Assembly: GCA_963754945.1 (NCBI GenBank)
Contig: CAVWIG010000017.1
Span: forward strand, 192,001-256,000
Direction: 5' to 3'
From: Methanotrichaceae archaeon
Lineage (GTDB): Archaea > Halobacteriota > Methanosarcinia > Methanotrichales > Methanotrichaceae
DNA length: 64,000 bases
Below, in pieces: positions 1-11,484 of the stretch. The notes under the pieces are model-generated. The model was not told the origin of the DNA. It worked only from the letters and a program-made list of their open reading frames with translations, and ran no database searches. Both the position numbers and the translations under genes were made by a program. Position 1 is the first letter of the stretch; every line of letters starts with the position of its first letter.

Positions 1-1821
1 TACGCCTCCTCCACGGCCATATGCGCCAACACCAGAGCCTACCACGGCCTGCTTGTGGCGGCCATGAACCCACCTACGGATCGGCGACTTCTCCTTTCCT
101 CGCTTGACGAAGAGCTGATAACAGATTGCAGATACCAGCTTGCAAATCACCAGTATCCCGGAACCGTTCATCCCCAGGGTTTTAGACACCTACTGGAGTT
201 CAGCCTGGATCCACTTCCACATTTTACATACAAGGCTGGCAACACCAGGGTTGAAAAGACAGTGTTCATGGTCCATGGAGAGAATACCACAGTGACCCAA
301 TACACTGCATCAGGATCCAGTGGCTCGATGAAGATCGTCCCTCTTGTAACCGACAGGAGCTTTCACGCCGCGTCTTTGCTCTCGGCCGTGCGCCAGGAAG
401 AGGTGGACGGCGGAACACGCCTGATCTCGGAATGCGACCTTTTCCTTCTGTCCGATAAAGCCAGGTACGTCAAAAAAGAGGATGTGTACTACAACATCGA
501 GTACGAGGCTGAGCGCCTTCGAGGCCTGCCATGGAGGGAGAACAGCTTTAATCCCGGTTACTTTGAAATCGAACTGGACGGGACGACCTCTTTCAGCATA
601 ATGGCCTCCACTGATAGGCGTGCCATGCCGACGATCCAGAGATTGAAGATGGTTGAGCTGAACCGTCTGGTTGGGCTTGACAGCAAGCTCGAGCCGCAAT
701 TGAGGAGACTTTCCAGTGCTGCGGATTCCTTCGTGGTGAAACGTAGGGACGGCAGGAGCATAATAGCCGGGTACCACTGGTTCGACGACTGGGGCAGAGA
801 TGCCATGATCTCGATGCGGGGTCTTCTGCTGGTGACTGGTCGCTTCGATGATGCCAGATCCGTCCTCGAGACCTTTGCCGGAACCATGAAAGATGGTGTC
901 TTGCCCAACGATCTGGGTGCGGGTTCTTACAATACGGTTGACGCTTCCCTGTGGTTCATACAGGCTGTGTTCAGCTATTTCAGCTATACCAAAGACAAGG
1001 AACTTGTCCGTCGGCTCTGGCAAAAGTTGCTGAGGGTCATAGAACGTTACTCTGGATCTAGTTCTTCTGTTCGTATGGACTCTGACTCGCTGATTATCTC
1101 CGGTCCTGCTCTCACATGGATGGATGCCAAAGTTGACGATCGGCCTGTAACCCCGCGTGCAGGCAAAGCGTGTGAGATCAATGCGCTCTGGTACAGCTCG
1201 CTAAGGATGATGGAGAGTCTCGCTCAGGTCATCGGCCTGCCCTGGGATGTCGATCTGGCTGAGAAGGTGAAGCAGGGCTACCAGAAGTTCTGGAACAGCG
1301 AGAATGGGTGTCTCTTTGACACGCTTAACCCAGAGGATGCATCGATACGCCCAAACCAGATAATAGCCGCTGCAGTTCCCGACCTTCTCCCTGATTTGAA
1401 AAGGAAGAGCGTGGTTGAGGTGGTAACCAGAGAGCTTCTGACGCCCTATGGATTGCGGACGCTGTCGCCTAGGGACCCTCGGTACTGCGGGAGGTACGAG
1501 GGAGGACCGCGCCAGAGAGACGAAGCATACCACCAGGGCACTGTCTGGCCCTGGCTGATTGGGCCCTACGTCGATGCCCTACTGTCCGTAAATGAGCATT
1601 CCACAGAGAGCAGAGGCAGAGCAAAGGAGATCCTAGAGACGCTGATTGACATAAAAGGTACGGGCGTTAACACCATCCCGGAGTTGTTTGATGGCGATGC
1701 ACCGCACCGACAAGGGGGCTGCATATCCCAGGCATGGTCTGTGGCTGAAGTGATGAGGGCCTGGTCGGAGAACGCCCTCGGAAAAGAGACTGAAAGCCAT
1801 CCGATATTATTTGAGGGCTAG
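1..1821 (+). CDS. Glycogen debranching enzyme (amylo-alpha-1,6-glucosidase, archaeal type), 5' end outside window
   Basis: Frame 1 is open from base 1 (YASSTAICANTRAYHGLLVA, N-terminal motif). Also has AGYHWFDDWGRDAMIS, LTWMDAK, YHQGTVWPWL and SQAWSVAE motifs. Confidence 0.9.
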   Translation, partial: YASSTAICANTRAYHGLLVAAMNPPTDRRLLLSSLDEELITDCRYQLANHQYPGTVHPQGFRHLLEFSLDPLPHFTYKAGNTRVEKTVFMVHGENTTVTQYTASGSSGSMKIVPLVTDRSFHAASLLSAVRQEEVDGGTRLISECDLFLLSDKARYVKKEDVYYNIEYEAERLRGLPWRENSFNPGYFEIELDGTTSFSIMASTDRRAMPTIQRLKMVELNRLVGLDSKLEPQLRRLSSAADSFVVKRRDGRSIIAGYHWFDDWGRDAMISMRGLLLVTGRFDDARSVLETFAGTMKDGVLPNDLGAGSYNTVDASLWFIQAVFSYFSYTKDKELVRRLWQKLLRVIERYSGSSSSVRMDSDSLIISGPALTWMDAKVDDRPVTPRAGKACEINALWYSSLRMMESLAQVIGLPWDVDLAEKVKQGYQKFWNSENGCLFDTLNPEDASIRPNQIIAAAVPDLLPDLKRKSVVEVVTRELLTPYGLRTLSPRDPRYCGRYEGGPRQRDEAYHQGTVWPWLIGPYVDALLSVNEHSTESRGRAKEILETLIDIKGTGVNTIPELFDGDAPHRQGGCISQAWSVAEVMRAWSENALGKETESHPILFEG

Positions 1822-2026
1822 ATCACGATTCTAGTAGAAGTGGCCGCATAATATACAAATGCCAAAGGGAATGCCAGCCCACGTGGACGCTCAGTTTGGA
1901 GCAGTGCGGACGATTCAAGGAAGCATGGAAGATGGCCGGATGTCTGGAGTTCGAGCGACTCCAGACCATCCGTTTACCTATTAAGCAGCCTCGCGATTAT
2001 ATTGCAGGACCATTTCGTAGCTCATC

Positions 2027-2950
2027 CTACTTCCCATGTTTGGAAGCTTTTACATCGGATTTGGCATTGCACAGTGGGCCTCGGATGTACACGTACCAAT
2101 AGAGGCAGGCCACGAATAGAACGGCACCTACGATATTTCCCAAGGTTACCGGGATTAGATTGGTTACAAAGAAGTTGTACCAACCGGTCGTTCCTACCAG
2201 ATTCGCTGTGGAGACCTTGGCGGTGACAAGGTTAGCCGCGATAGCCGGATCGTTGGCCACGAATATGCCAAGAGGTATGAAGAACATGTTGGCCACGCTG
2301 TGCTCGAACCCAATGGTAACGAAGGCCATTATTGGGAACCAGATGGCCAGGATTTTGCCAACGACATCATCTGCACTTATTGCCAGCCAAACCGCAAGGC
2401 AGACCAGCCAGTTGCAGCCTACTCCCCTGAGAAACGCCGTCATAGGGTCCAAGCCGCATTTGGTGTTGGCCACAGATGCCGCCCATCCAGCCCAAGGCAT
2501 CGCGTTGAAGAAACCGCACTTGTAGGCGAGGAAGAAGGCCAGAGATATTGAGCCAATAAAGTTTCCGATGTAAACCAAAGTCCAGTTTGCAGCCAGGCCT
2601 TTTAAAGTGCTTTCCTTATTAAGAACGCTTATTGGAGCAAACAGGCAGTTTCCCGTGAACAGCTCGGACCCGGCGATCACTACCAGCATGAGCCCTACCG
2701 GGAATACAGCGCCAGCGGCAAACTTAACCAGGCCGGCAGGTAGAGCAATCTTCCAGATGTTCCCATCTGCGGCGGTAATGGTGCCGTTGGATAGGCCTCC
2801 GGCCACTATCTCGCTCAACAACGCCCCAAAGGCGATGTACGCCCCTGCAAGAAAACCCAAGATAATCAGTTTCTGCCAAGTAATAGAGCATTTCGTACAT
2901 CCCGAGGAGATCGCAGCCTTCGCGATCTCGGCAGGTACTTTAAACGTCAT
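2027..2950 (-). CDS. fdhC: Formate/nitrite transporter family protein (FdhC-like)
   Basis: FNT motifs VFPVGL, GSELFTGN, GCNWLVCLAVW, GFEHSVANMFF and TLGNIVG; six hydrophobic helices. Confidence 0.88.
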   Translation of the reverse strand: MTFKVPAEIAKAAISSGCTKCSITWQKLIILGFLAGAYIAFGALLSEIVAGGLSNGTITAADGNIWKIALPAGLVKFAAGAVFPVGLMLVVIAGSELFTGNCLFAPISVLNKESTLKGLAANWTLVYIGNFIGSISLAFFLAYKCGFFNAMPWAGWAASVANTKCGLDPMTAFLRGVGCNWLVCLAVWLAISADDVVGKILAIWFPIMAFVTIGFEHSVANMFFIPLGIFVANDPAIAANLVTAKVSTANLVGTTGWYNFFVTNLIPVTLGNIVGAVLFVACLYWYVYIRGPLCNAKSDVKASKHGK

Positions 2951-3274
2951 ATCACACCCTCCTTATAATGCACAGGATTGCTGACCACTCCGGCGATGAA
3001 TCCATCTGAAATCAGCGACGAATGGCAGCATATGAAATGAGGTAGAAGGCTACCGGCAGATGATATTTATACTTATCCAATGGATAGAATTATAAGATAT
3101 ATTAGTTCTAAATGACTTTGTGGTTGATGCATTATCTTCACAGTACAGAGATTGTGCATCTCATAAGTACTATATTTATAATATTATCATTGAGTGCAGC
3201 GCCTTTTGCCACTGAGTGTTGCAATAAAATACAAGTGACTTCATCCGAAGTATCTGCATCCCTGCACATCTCTC

Positions 3275-3405
3275 CGTGTCGGTGCGCTTCTAGAAGGCCG
3301 CTTTGATCTTCACGTGCTGCTCTGGCGGGATGTCTGGGGCAGTTTCAGTAGCAGGTCCCTTCATATGCTGTGGAATTACAGATATCTCTCCTGTACAGAA
3401 CCCTT
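3275..3405 (-). pseudogene. Short remnant resembling class II ribonucleotide reductase (NrdJ)
   Basis: Minus strand reads ETAPDIPPEQHVKIKAAF*KRTDT, like the NrdJ motif TAxDIxPExHVxxQAAFQKHTDN, with an internal stop and no start. Confidence 0.5.
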
Positions 3406-3946
3406 CTTGCGACTTCTGTCATCGGTCAATGGTTGTAGATTCTCTTATTCAGATTTTACCCAAACAAGACTAGTGAGGGGCCAAAAAGCCTAGTATCATC
3501 AATTCCTGCATTCATAGCTACTTTTAAGTTCTTAGCCACCATTATCTTCTTTAGATCAATAAGCGAAGGAGATTTATCCTCGATAAATTGCGATAATCTT
3601 GGAGCCATCTTCGATGAGCGATGAAGAAAAAGAGCAGACGATCCGGGAAGAGGACGAGCAAGGAAATATTATAGCCTATCCATCCTGGACCAAGAAGAAT
3701 GCGCCTAAAGACAAGCAGGACAAGTGGGAAGTTCCGATTTATCTCTAAAATATCTTGGATCCATAATAAACAAAGCTTAACACTCGAATCCAATCGACAC
3801 ATTGTCGACGTGGAATTAAGTTCGAGCAGTGATCAGGATCTGTCGTACTGCCACGATCTATGGATAGTGCCTTGTCTTGGTTAAGATTCCCTTTAAAGCC
3901 AAATGTAGATATTTTTGGCCGGTAGTATATTGATAAAGGTTCAAGA

Positions 3947-5125
3947 ATGAATCGAAACGAAACCGATAAGCTTGTCCAAGAAATCATGCTGGACTACGCC
4001 AGTCTTACGGGACTCGCACCCGCCGATCCCCATCCCAGACGCTATCTATGGACGGATGCGTTCGCAGTATGCAACTACCTTGAACTCTTTCGCCGGACTA
4101 ATGACGAAACCTATCGGGATCTCGCGTTAGCCTTGGTCAACCAGGTGCATCACACTCTCGGTCGGCATCGCGACGATGACCCTAGAAGCGGCTGGATCAG
4201 CGGCCTGGATGAGCAAGGGGGAGAGCTGCACCCTACCAGAAGGGGCCTGCGTATCGGAAAAAAGCTGAACGAACGTAAGTCCAACGAGCCGCCCAATGAG
4301 CGTCTGGAATGGGACCAGGACGGTCAGTACTACCACTACCTTACAAAGTGGATGCACGCGCTCAACCGTGTGAGCCGGGTCACAGGAGATCCGACCTATA
4401 CTGGGTGGGCAATAGAGTTAGCGTGGGCGGCGCACGCGCGGTTCACGTATGCTCCCCCGACCGGCGGCCGGAAGAGGATGTACTGGAAGATGAACATCGA
4501 TCTCACCTATCCATCGGTTCCCTCGATGGGCCAGCACGATCCCCTCGACGGCTTTGTCACCTACAATGAGCTTCAGGCGGCTGCCCGGCAATTCAGCGAA
4601 TCGTCGCTGCCCGACCTGAATCATGAGATTGCCGACATGGCCGAAATCTGTCGTAGCATGGGCACGAACTTGGCAACAGACGATCCGCTAGGCATCGGCG
4701 GCCTTCTCTTCGATGCATCACGGATTGCACAATTGATGATACAGAGTGGTCTTAAGTACGAGAATCTGCTGGAGAACGTTGTGAATTCGGCGGTGCTCGG
4801 TCTGGAGTATTTTGTGAGGAACAATCAACTGGAGTACCCCGCAGAGTACCGCCTGGCTTTTCGTGAGCTTGGGCTGTCCATTGGTCTCTCGGCGGTTGAA
4901 AACCTGCAAAAAGGGATTGAGGAGAATCCGGGAGTGTTCAGCCGAGAGAGTCGCTTACACAGTCTTGCCGATGAACTCATGGGGTATTTGCCTCTAGGAA
5001 AAACAATCGAACAGTTCTGGATGGATGAAAGGAACAGACAAGCAAACACCTGGATCGAGCACCGTGAAATAAATATGACTATGCTCGCCACCAGTCTCGC
5101 TTCCGACGAATTTCTGATGATCTGA
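3947..5125 (+). CDS. Conserved hypothetical protein (RYLWTDAF family; possibly six-hairpin glycosidase-like)
   Basis: 392-aa ORF with conserved-looking blocks RRYLWTDAFAV, DGQYYHYLTKWMHAL, SMGQHDPLDG and RLAFRELGL. Confidence 0.7.
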   Translation: MNRNETDKLVQEIMLDYASLTGLAPADPHPRRYLWTDAFAVCNYLELFRRTNDETYRDLALALVNQVHHTLGRHRDDDPRSGWISGLDEQGGELHPTRRGLRIGKKLNERKSNEPPNERLEWDQDGQYYHYLTKWMHALNRVSRVTGDPTYTGWAIELAWAAHARFTYAPPTGGRKRMYWKMNIDLTYPSVPSMGQHDPLDGFVTYNELQAAARQFSESSLPDLNHEIADMAEICRSMGTNLATDDPLGIGGLLFDASRIAQLMIQSGLKYENLLENVVNSAVLGLEYFVRNNQLEYPAEYRLAFRELGLSIGLSAVENLQKGIEENPGVFSRESRLHSLADELMGYLPLGKTIEQFWMDERNRQANTWIEHREINMTMLATSLASDEFLMI

Positions 5126-5702
5126 TCCATCAAATGGAATCAGAGCTGATCCATAGTGGCCCTGGAAGGAGCCGAAGATGGTATTGAAGCTGCACTCTTC
5201 GACCTTGAACCGGCTTTCCAGGGCTTGAATCATCTCCCAATGCGCACGAGGATCTTTAAGGTGCATGTAGACCAAAAGGGAGGATAGGCGGAGCTGATCC
5301 TTTCAAGTCCTTGTCGCAGCTCCAGAGTTCCATGTTGCCCATCCCTCAGCTCCTCTGGGACGACTCGATACTCCTGAAAAGAATCTACTGCTTTCGGACG
5401 TGGGCCACGTCAACACCTGGCTCGTTGGGGATGCGTATTCTGGGGCCGAGCGGGACAAATCTCGCGCGTTCACCTTTACGATAGTTCAATCTGCAGCGAT
5501 GATCATCTGCCCCTGGGCCAGGGGAGCATAGTTCGACCCAGTTCTGGAGATAATTCAACCAAAGGATCAGTGCTGTGTTGGAGACAAGTCTGGTCCGGCT
5601 GTTTGGATACCCGCATGTGTTCCAGAGAGTCACTATACAGAGTGTCACGCCTCCGTAAGGCTGCGAAGGTCCCGAGTTGCGAATCACTATATCACCTAGC
5701 TA

Positions 5703-7682
5703 TCATCGTTGAGAAGCAGAATTCACACCAAGGGGCAGAGTAAAGCATATGGTGCACCCCTTGCCTAGCTCCGACTCTATCCAGATACGGCTGCCGTGGA
5801 CCTCTATGATCTTCTTCACAATGGCCAGGCCAGCTCCGCTGCCTTCGCTCTTTTTGTCAACTTTGTAAAATAACTCGAAGACCTTTTCATGCTGGCCGGG
5901 ATCGATGCCTATTCCGTTGTCTCGGATAAAAAAGATTTTATCGTTTCCCTCGATTCGTTGCCCGATTTCTATTTCTGGATTGTCTTGAGACCCTATGTAC
6001 TTTATGCTGTTTTCTATGAGATTGGACAGAACCTCGGCGATCCTCATTCGGTCTACATTAACGACAGGCAAGTTTCGAGCAACAGATATCTTGAACCCCT
6101 TGGATCTTATTTTCTCGCTAATCTGTCCGAGGGCATCCTCGACGATCTCTTCGAAGAGTTCATCTTCAGGCGGGTTAACTACTCGGCCGATCCGGCTGAG
6201 TTCCAAGGTCTCCAGGAGAAGCCGGTCCATCTTCGTAACGGCATCATTTGCTATATGAAGATCTTCCTCCACCCGTTTGAGGTCTCCCTTCTCTAAATCC
6301 TTCTTGAGGAATCCCAAGAAACCGCTCATGCTTACCAAGGGAGTTCTCAGGTCGTGAGAGACTGTGTAGATGAATCGCTCCATCTCTGTATTCTTAGCTT
6401 CAAGCTCTGCGGTTCTCTCTATAACTCTCTTCTCACACTCATCTCTTGACCTGAGCAGGTCCTCCTCCATTCGCTTGCGCTCGGTGATGTCACGAAAAGT
6501 CCATCTTCGACCGTAATACTCGCCATCTCGACCGATCACCGGCGAAGAATAGCAATCCATAACCAATCCATCTTTGGACTCGATTTCATCTCGGCTGGTC
6601 TCATCCTGACGATAATAAAGGTTCATGACTTTTTCACGGAATTTGTCTGGGTTCTTGACCAGGCCTACCACGTACTCAAGAAGTGCTTTGTCATTCTCCT
6701 GATCGATAATTGATTGAGGCACATTCCACAGAGCCAGAAGTCGCTGGTTGGTAATGATTCGTTTTCCTTGTTCGTCCACCACCAGAATTCCATCCAAAGA
6801 TGATTCGACTTGAGCTTCCAGCTGAGCTGCATGCCATCTCAGTTCCTCCTCTGCTTGCTTGCGTTCGGTGATATCACTTGTAGTGCCAAAGGCCGTGACT
6901 CGACCATCTGACTGGGAATAAGCTGAACCCCTGGAACGAACCCAAATCGTGGTGCCATCGGCCTTTTGAAAGCGGTATTCTGCAGCTATATCCCTCGAAA
7001 GCGTCCTTATCCCGTTGGAAAGCACCTCCTGTACACCCGGCAAGTCGTCTGGATGGATGTAAGAAAAGTATTTTTCAAAGCTATTGCCGATAGTGCCTTC
7101 AGGCAAACCTAGTATCCTTTCCGCAACAGGCGATATGTAGGAGTCAATGTTCTCTCCCTGGGCATTGACATCATACCGCCAGGCGATATCCGAAATCATC
7201 GAAACTACGTTCTTGTACCGGGCTTTGCTGGTTTCTGAGGCTTGCTGGGCTTCTCGCAAAGCCTCCTCTGCTCGCTTGCGTTCAGTTATGTCTCGCAGTG
7301 AGGCGATAACTCCTATGATCTTGCCGCAAGCATTCCAATGAGGTGCATAAGTTCCCACCACCCACCCTTTCTTATCTGTGAAAGGACTGTAGAATTGTAT
7401 GTCAGGCGAAGTGACCGTTTCCCCGTTCAACGCGACCTTTAGTAGTTGGTCTATACCCTGCTCATGTAAGTATGGAAATAGGTCCAACGCATTCCGGCCA
7501 AGTACATCCTCAGCTAGGGCCCCTGTCATGCGTTCCATGAACCGGTTCCAGACTACGTATCGCAGGTTCCGATCGTAAACTATTATCCCTTCACCAGCCT
7601 GGGAGACGATTTCAACATTGAATTGATTTGCATCTCGCAGCGCCTCTTCCGTCTGATTGCGCCCGATGATGTCATCTGCCAT
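5703..7682 (-). CDS. Multi-PAS sensor histidine kinase
   Basis: Three PAS/PAC repeats ending in DITERK, H-box TVSHDLRTPL, N-box NLIENSIKY, G1 DNGIGI and G2 GAGLAI. Confidence 0.92.
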   Translation of the reverse strand: MADDIIGRNQTEEALRDANQFNVEIVSQAGEGIIVYDRNLRYVVWNRFMERMTGALAEDVLGRNALDLFPYLHEQGIDQLLKVALNGETVTSPDIQFYSPFTDKKGWVVGTYAPHWNACGKIIGVIASLRDITERKRAEEALREAQQASETSKARYKNVVSMISDIAWRYDVNAQGENIDSYISPVAERILGLPEGTIGNSFEKYFSYIHPDDLPGVQEVLSNGIRTLSRDIAAEYRFQKADGTTIWVRSRGSAYSQSDGRVTAFGTTSDITERKQAEEELRWHAAQLEAQVESSLDGILVVDEQGKRIITNQRLLALWNVPQSIIDQENDKALLEYVVGLVKNPDKFREKVMNLYYRQDETSRDEIESKDGLVMDCYSSPVIGRDGEYYGRRWTFRDITERKRMEEDLLRSRDECEKRVIERTAELEAKNTEMERFIYTVSHDLRTPLVSMSGFLGFLKKDLEKGDLKRVEEDLHIANDAVTKMDRLLLETLELSRIGRVVNPPEDELFEEIVEDALGQISEKIRSKGFKISVARNLPVVNVDRMRIAEVLSNLIENSIKYIGSQDNPEIEIGQRIEGNDKIFFIRDNGIGIDPGQHEKVFELFYKVDKKSEGSGAGLAIVKKIIEVHGSRIWIESELGKGCTICFTLPLGVNSASQR

Positions 7683-9203
7683 AATTCCTCCTTATTACAG
7701 TTCAGAAAGATATATCTATAGAAATCTATCGGAAGGTTCTATCAGCACCTTTTATCTCTTGTCTTCTACAAGGTAAGCACACGTAGGCTATTGCAAGCTC
7801 CCATTGAGCAGTCCATTTCGGAATCATGGCTATTCCTGTCCATATCCTATCTGGCAGACTTGGAGGGGAAACTGCTACTCGGCCGAATATGCATGGAGTC
7901 ACACTCACGTATCCAGGTTGTCTGGCTCTTTTGCGGTCTCGAATGAGCCTTGAAACAAGCATCATGTTAGCTCTTGGCCCCCGAATCGAAGTAGATACTC
8001 TGTCGGAATTTCTGGTCATATCCTTATCTGAATGATCATGAGCTAAGAATGGTAAGCCTGATCTACGAGTCATGGAACCGGCGGTTAAGATTTCCCAGGA
8101 TTTTTATTTATTTGTCGTACTTTGCTAAAGTTCGATTTCTTCGCCACCATCTCATTTCTTCCAGCTCGCGTTCTCGTTTCCGTTTGGCTATTGTGTCATG
8201 ATTCGAGACCATATCTGTGCCTCACGATTAAGAAGAGGGATGATTAGGAACACCGCTAAGAGGCCAAGCTTATCGGTGTTCATGAGATGCCGAGATCTTC
8301 TTTTGGAGTTTTTTGCGGTATGTTATGGCCTAATCCGATGATGACCGCGCAGGATATATTCATTTTCCAAATACAACAAGACTGATCAGTAATCTATTGT
8401 AACCATTTTCAACAAGCTTATATCATCGAGCTAGAACAATACTCCAGGGAGAGGCCCAAATCCATCCTTGCTTTAACTGCACATCTCTCCCCTCCTGCGA
8501 TTCATTTCTTTGAGCTACATCAATTTATATAGATAGTTTTCCTAACAATGCCTCCTGTATTTCGTAGGTTTGCTATCATGTTCCAACTGTATCTCTGATG
8601 CAGGATTTGCAGCAGCTAAAGCAATTGATGTATAAAAAAAGAGAGCGTTGCATTTTGGTCACCACATAGAATGTCGCCGCCATTAAGCCCGCTAGAATCC
8701 GAAGAACAGCGGCGAATATAAATCAGGCGGGTCATCTTGGAGGAAAAGGGTGGTGGTCACAGGCGCGATACAGATATAGAAATCTGTCTCGTCTATTGTC
8801 TCACCTCATTAATATAACAGGAGTTGTTGCTATTTCAACTTCATCCTCATCCCAGGAGACAATATTCTATTGGCAGCAAACCCAATAATATAGTATATTT
8901 GCGCAATGTGAATATAATCCATCGATCATTGAATTGTCTCGGAGATATCCGTCGTCTCCAAATGAGGCAAGCACCATTTCAGCATCACTCACCAAGGGGA
9001 TCTCTCTGCTTGCCTCTTGTTTCATAATTATAAACCGATGATCGGGAGTCGGGCCAATCATCCGGCCTAATTGAGTAAAGGCTTTCTCAGGCGAACATCC
9101 CAATGCGCTCAGTCACCTGACGCTACAACTAAGGGACCCCGACGTCCTGTACGATCACTGTGAATAAATGTGCAGATAGTAGCAATGAGCTACCTTGCGG
9201 CTC

Positions 9204-9495
9204 TTAAACAGGCTTTAGCTCTCTGAGGACGTAGTCTCTCTCCTGGGACTCAATCTTCCATCTGGTCGTCCTGAGCAGCCCCATGCTCATGAAGAATGGA
9301 AGGGCCTGGGTAACCCTCGTGAAATTCGTTCTCGCTATGGCTGTAGTGCCAGAGGAATGGCCTATATTGGTTCGGTCCTCTCTGCGCCCTTTTCATTCCA
9401 TCCGAAGAACTTCTTCAGCTCCGCAGCAACAACTCCGAGATCGTGAACGGGATTTGCTTGCTCCCAGGCACCCTCGAAGTCGAAAGGCAATCGCA
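9204..9495 (-). pseudogene. C-terminal remnant of an aminoglycoside-phosphotransferase/choline-kinase-like protein
   Basis: Joining frames gives FDFEGAWEQANPVHDLGVVAAELKKFF...IGH-LWHYSHSENEF-RVTQALPFFMSMGLLR. It has DFE and P..DLG kinase-like motifs and several frameshifts. Confidence 0.5.
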
Positions 9496-9786
9496 CGAAA
9501 AATGAGAAGAAATTTTATCAAAGGAAATCCATCAAAACCTACGGATATCCAATATTCTGTGCCACATAGAGGACATGTATATTCTACAAAACTGTCACAA
9601 AGTTTACTCACAAATTTATTGTTTTATCAATATTTAAAATATAATTTATTATTATTCATAGATTCCTACTCGTCACATCTGTCTTGAAGAAAGTTTTTTA
9701 TAGAAGTATGTTACATTAATATTAGTTCTGACTTAATATAAGTATCTTTGATACTGATCTAAGTCGGGCATATGGGAGTTAAAAAA

Positions 9787-10209
9787 ATGGATAGAAGTCT
9801 TAGGCTTGAAGCGATCAAGAATACCGCTACGTTGAAGGCTGCTCTCGATGAACAAAACAAGTCGTTCACTCCAATTGGGGCGGGTACAAATAAAGGAAGC
9901 CTCGAAAATGGAGTACTTGCTCCCTCGACGAATCAGCAATCGATCATCGTTGATGGCAAAGCAGGAACGGTTGGCGTAATCCCCGGTATCGAGAACATAT
10001 GGTTAATCGTCAGCCCGGGAATTTTTTACGATTTCACCGTTTGGGTTCGCGGTGCGTGTCCTAAAGGAAAATGGGATAACCATATGACATTCACGGATCG
10101 ATCGGGAGATACATATCATTTGAGGATATATGATACGACCTTAAAGGACCACTATGTGAACTACCACAGTCCAGATGGAGCCATCACAAGGATAACATGG
10201 GATATTTAA
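9787..10209 (+). CDS. Hypothetical protein (beta-rich, about 140 aa) in an AT-rich island
   Basis: Isolated ORF with GGAG upstream and AT-rich flanks; alternative start at 9772. Confidence 0.65.
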   Translation: MDRSLRLEAIKNTATLKAALDEQNKSFTPIGAGTNKGSLENGVLAPSTNQQSIIVDGKAGTVGVIPGIENIWLIVSPGIFYDFTVWVRGACPKGKWDNHMTFTDRSGDTYHLRIYDTTLKDHYVNYHSPDGAITRITWDI

Positions 10210-10814
10210 ATTTTCATTAAAACGATCCGACGATAATCATTCTTATTTTTTGTAAGGCTATCTATGGGATTTGGCTGAACTATTAAAGAATTAGATTGAG
10301 GCAAAATAATCAGATATTTAGCTCTTAACCGACTCTTGGAGATTAAGAAAGAATAAGAGTGCACGGTAAACTTGAAAAGCCATCGACACATTTATAGTCG
10401 TTAACCAACTATATAATTATACCTAATTTCAATGCCAAGAATACTTCTATCCAATTTGCAGCAAAACTAAGTTTGATGAGAACTTGTAAAATTTCTCTCA
10501 ATCAGATTTTCAAATGATCCACATTACGAATAAATTTGCATGAAACGACTCTCTTAAATGCTATCTCAGATGAATTCAATCGGGTCAAATTGGGCGAATA
10601 AGGTGGTAGAAAATTTAATTAATTTCCATAATCTCAGCATGTCGCCTAGCAATTTCGCCTTGTGGGACGGAAAATCTATCCAGGAACCCCTTAGCATTGT
10701 CCTCTGTCATGGCCGGCCTTACCAATCTTTGACTGCTATTCTCGCCGACTTTATGAAATCATTCCTTCCAGTGGAGTAAAGGATAATAGAGTAGTTCAAA
10801 AGCCCCCGTCAAGC

Positions 10815-11005
10815 TTCTCCCCTAAGACCAACACAATATCCAGTGCCAATCTCGGAAGCAGTCCTTTCGGGGGTCCACTCCCACTTGTGGCATATCTAAT
10901 CACGTAGGGTATATCCAATCCTGGAGCTAACGGAAGCCTTTGCTTCATATGAGCCCTGCACAGCGGAAGCTTAGGCACATCTCCTTGAATAGTTCATCTC
11001 ATGCA
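10815..11005 (-). pseudogene. Remnant resembling the C-terminus of a family B (PolB2-type) DNA polymerase
   Basis: Joined frames read MNYSRRCA*ASAVQ-AHMKQRLPLAPGLDIPYVIR-KWE-DP-ERTASE, which resembles the C-terminus of Methanomicrobia PolB2 as recalled. Contains a stop and frameshifts. Confidence 0.5.
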
Positions 11006-11102
11006 CAGACCATGGGAGTGTTTCGGGAATGCCTAAGCACGAAGTACTTGGCAGCATATCACTATTACTACAAGTATTCTTAGTCCGACTATCCCTAGCC
11101 TA

Positions 11103-11361
11103 TAATTGCGTCTCTGCACATTTAATTAAGCTTAATAGTTTAAATACTACTAATTAATTGGAGCCTCCTGAACTACTCCCTTAAACCCTCGAAGGCTCCC
11201 CTTCACTCCCTATGAAATCCTAAGATACGCTCTCTGATATTGCTTTTGTGCTATTGCTAAAACAGTTATTTCTAACCCGTAATTGCACCCATGCATATTT
11301 AATTAAACTTGAATAGTTTAAAATAGACTTATTTATTGGAGCCTCTGAAAGATTCTACTCC
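11103..11361. repeat. Two imperfect direct repeats of about 80 bp, period about 177 bp
   Basis: TAATTGC..TGCA(C/T)ATTTAATTAA(G/A)CTT(G)AATAGTTTAAA..ATTGGAGCCTC..CTACTCC at 11103-11180 and 11280-11361. Confidence 0.75.
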
Positions 11362-11484
11362 TAGACTATGCTTTCGCGGGCTCCTCCCATACATCCACAG
11401 CGGGCTTCAGAACCCTCCAAGCGTAAACTGATCCTGTAGCTTGCCAATCGGGATAAGACCAGCCACTACAGCCTACCGGGATAG

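Noticed and set aside
5150-5690. Short minus-strand ORFs between the 392-aa gene and the kinase
   Set aside because: Coding-like fragments, but no assignable family.
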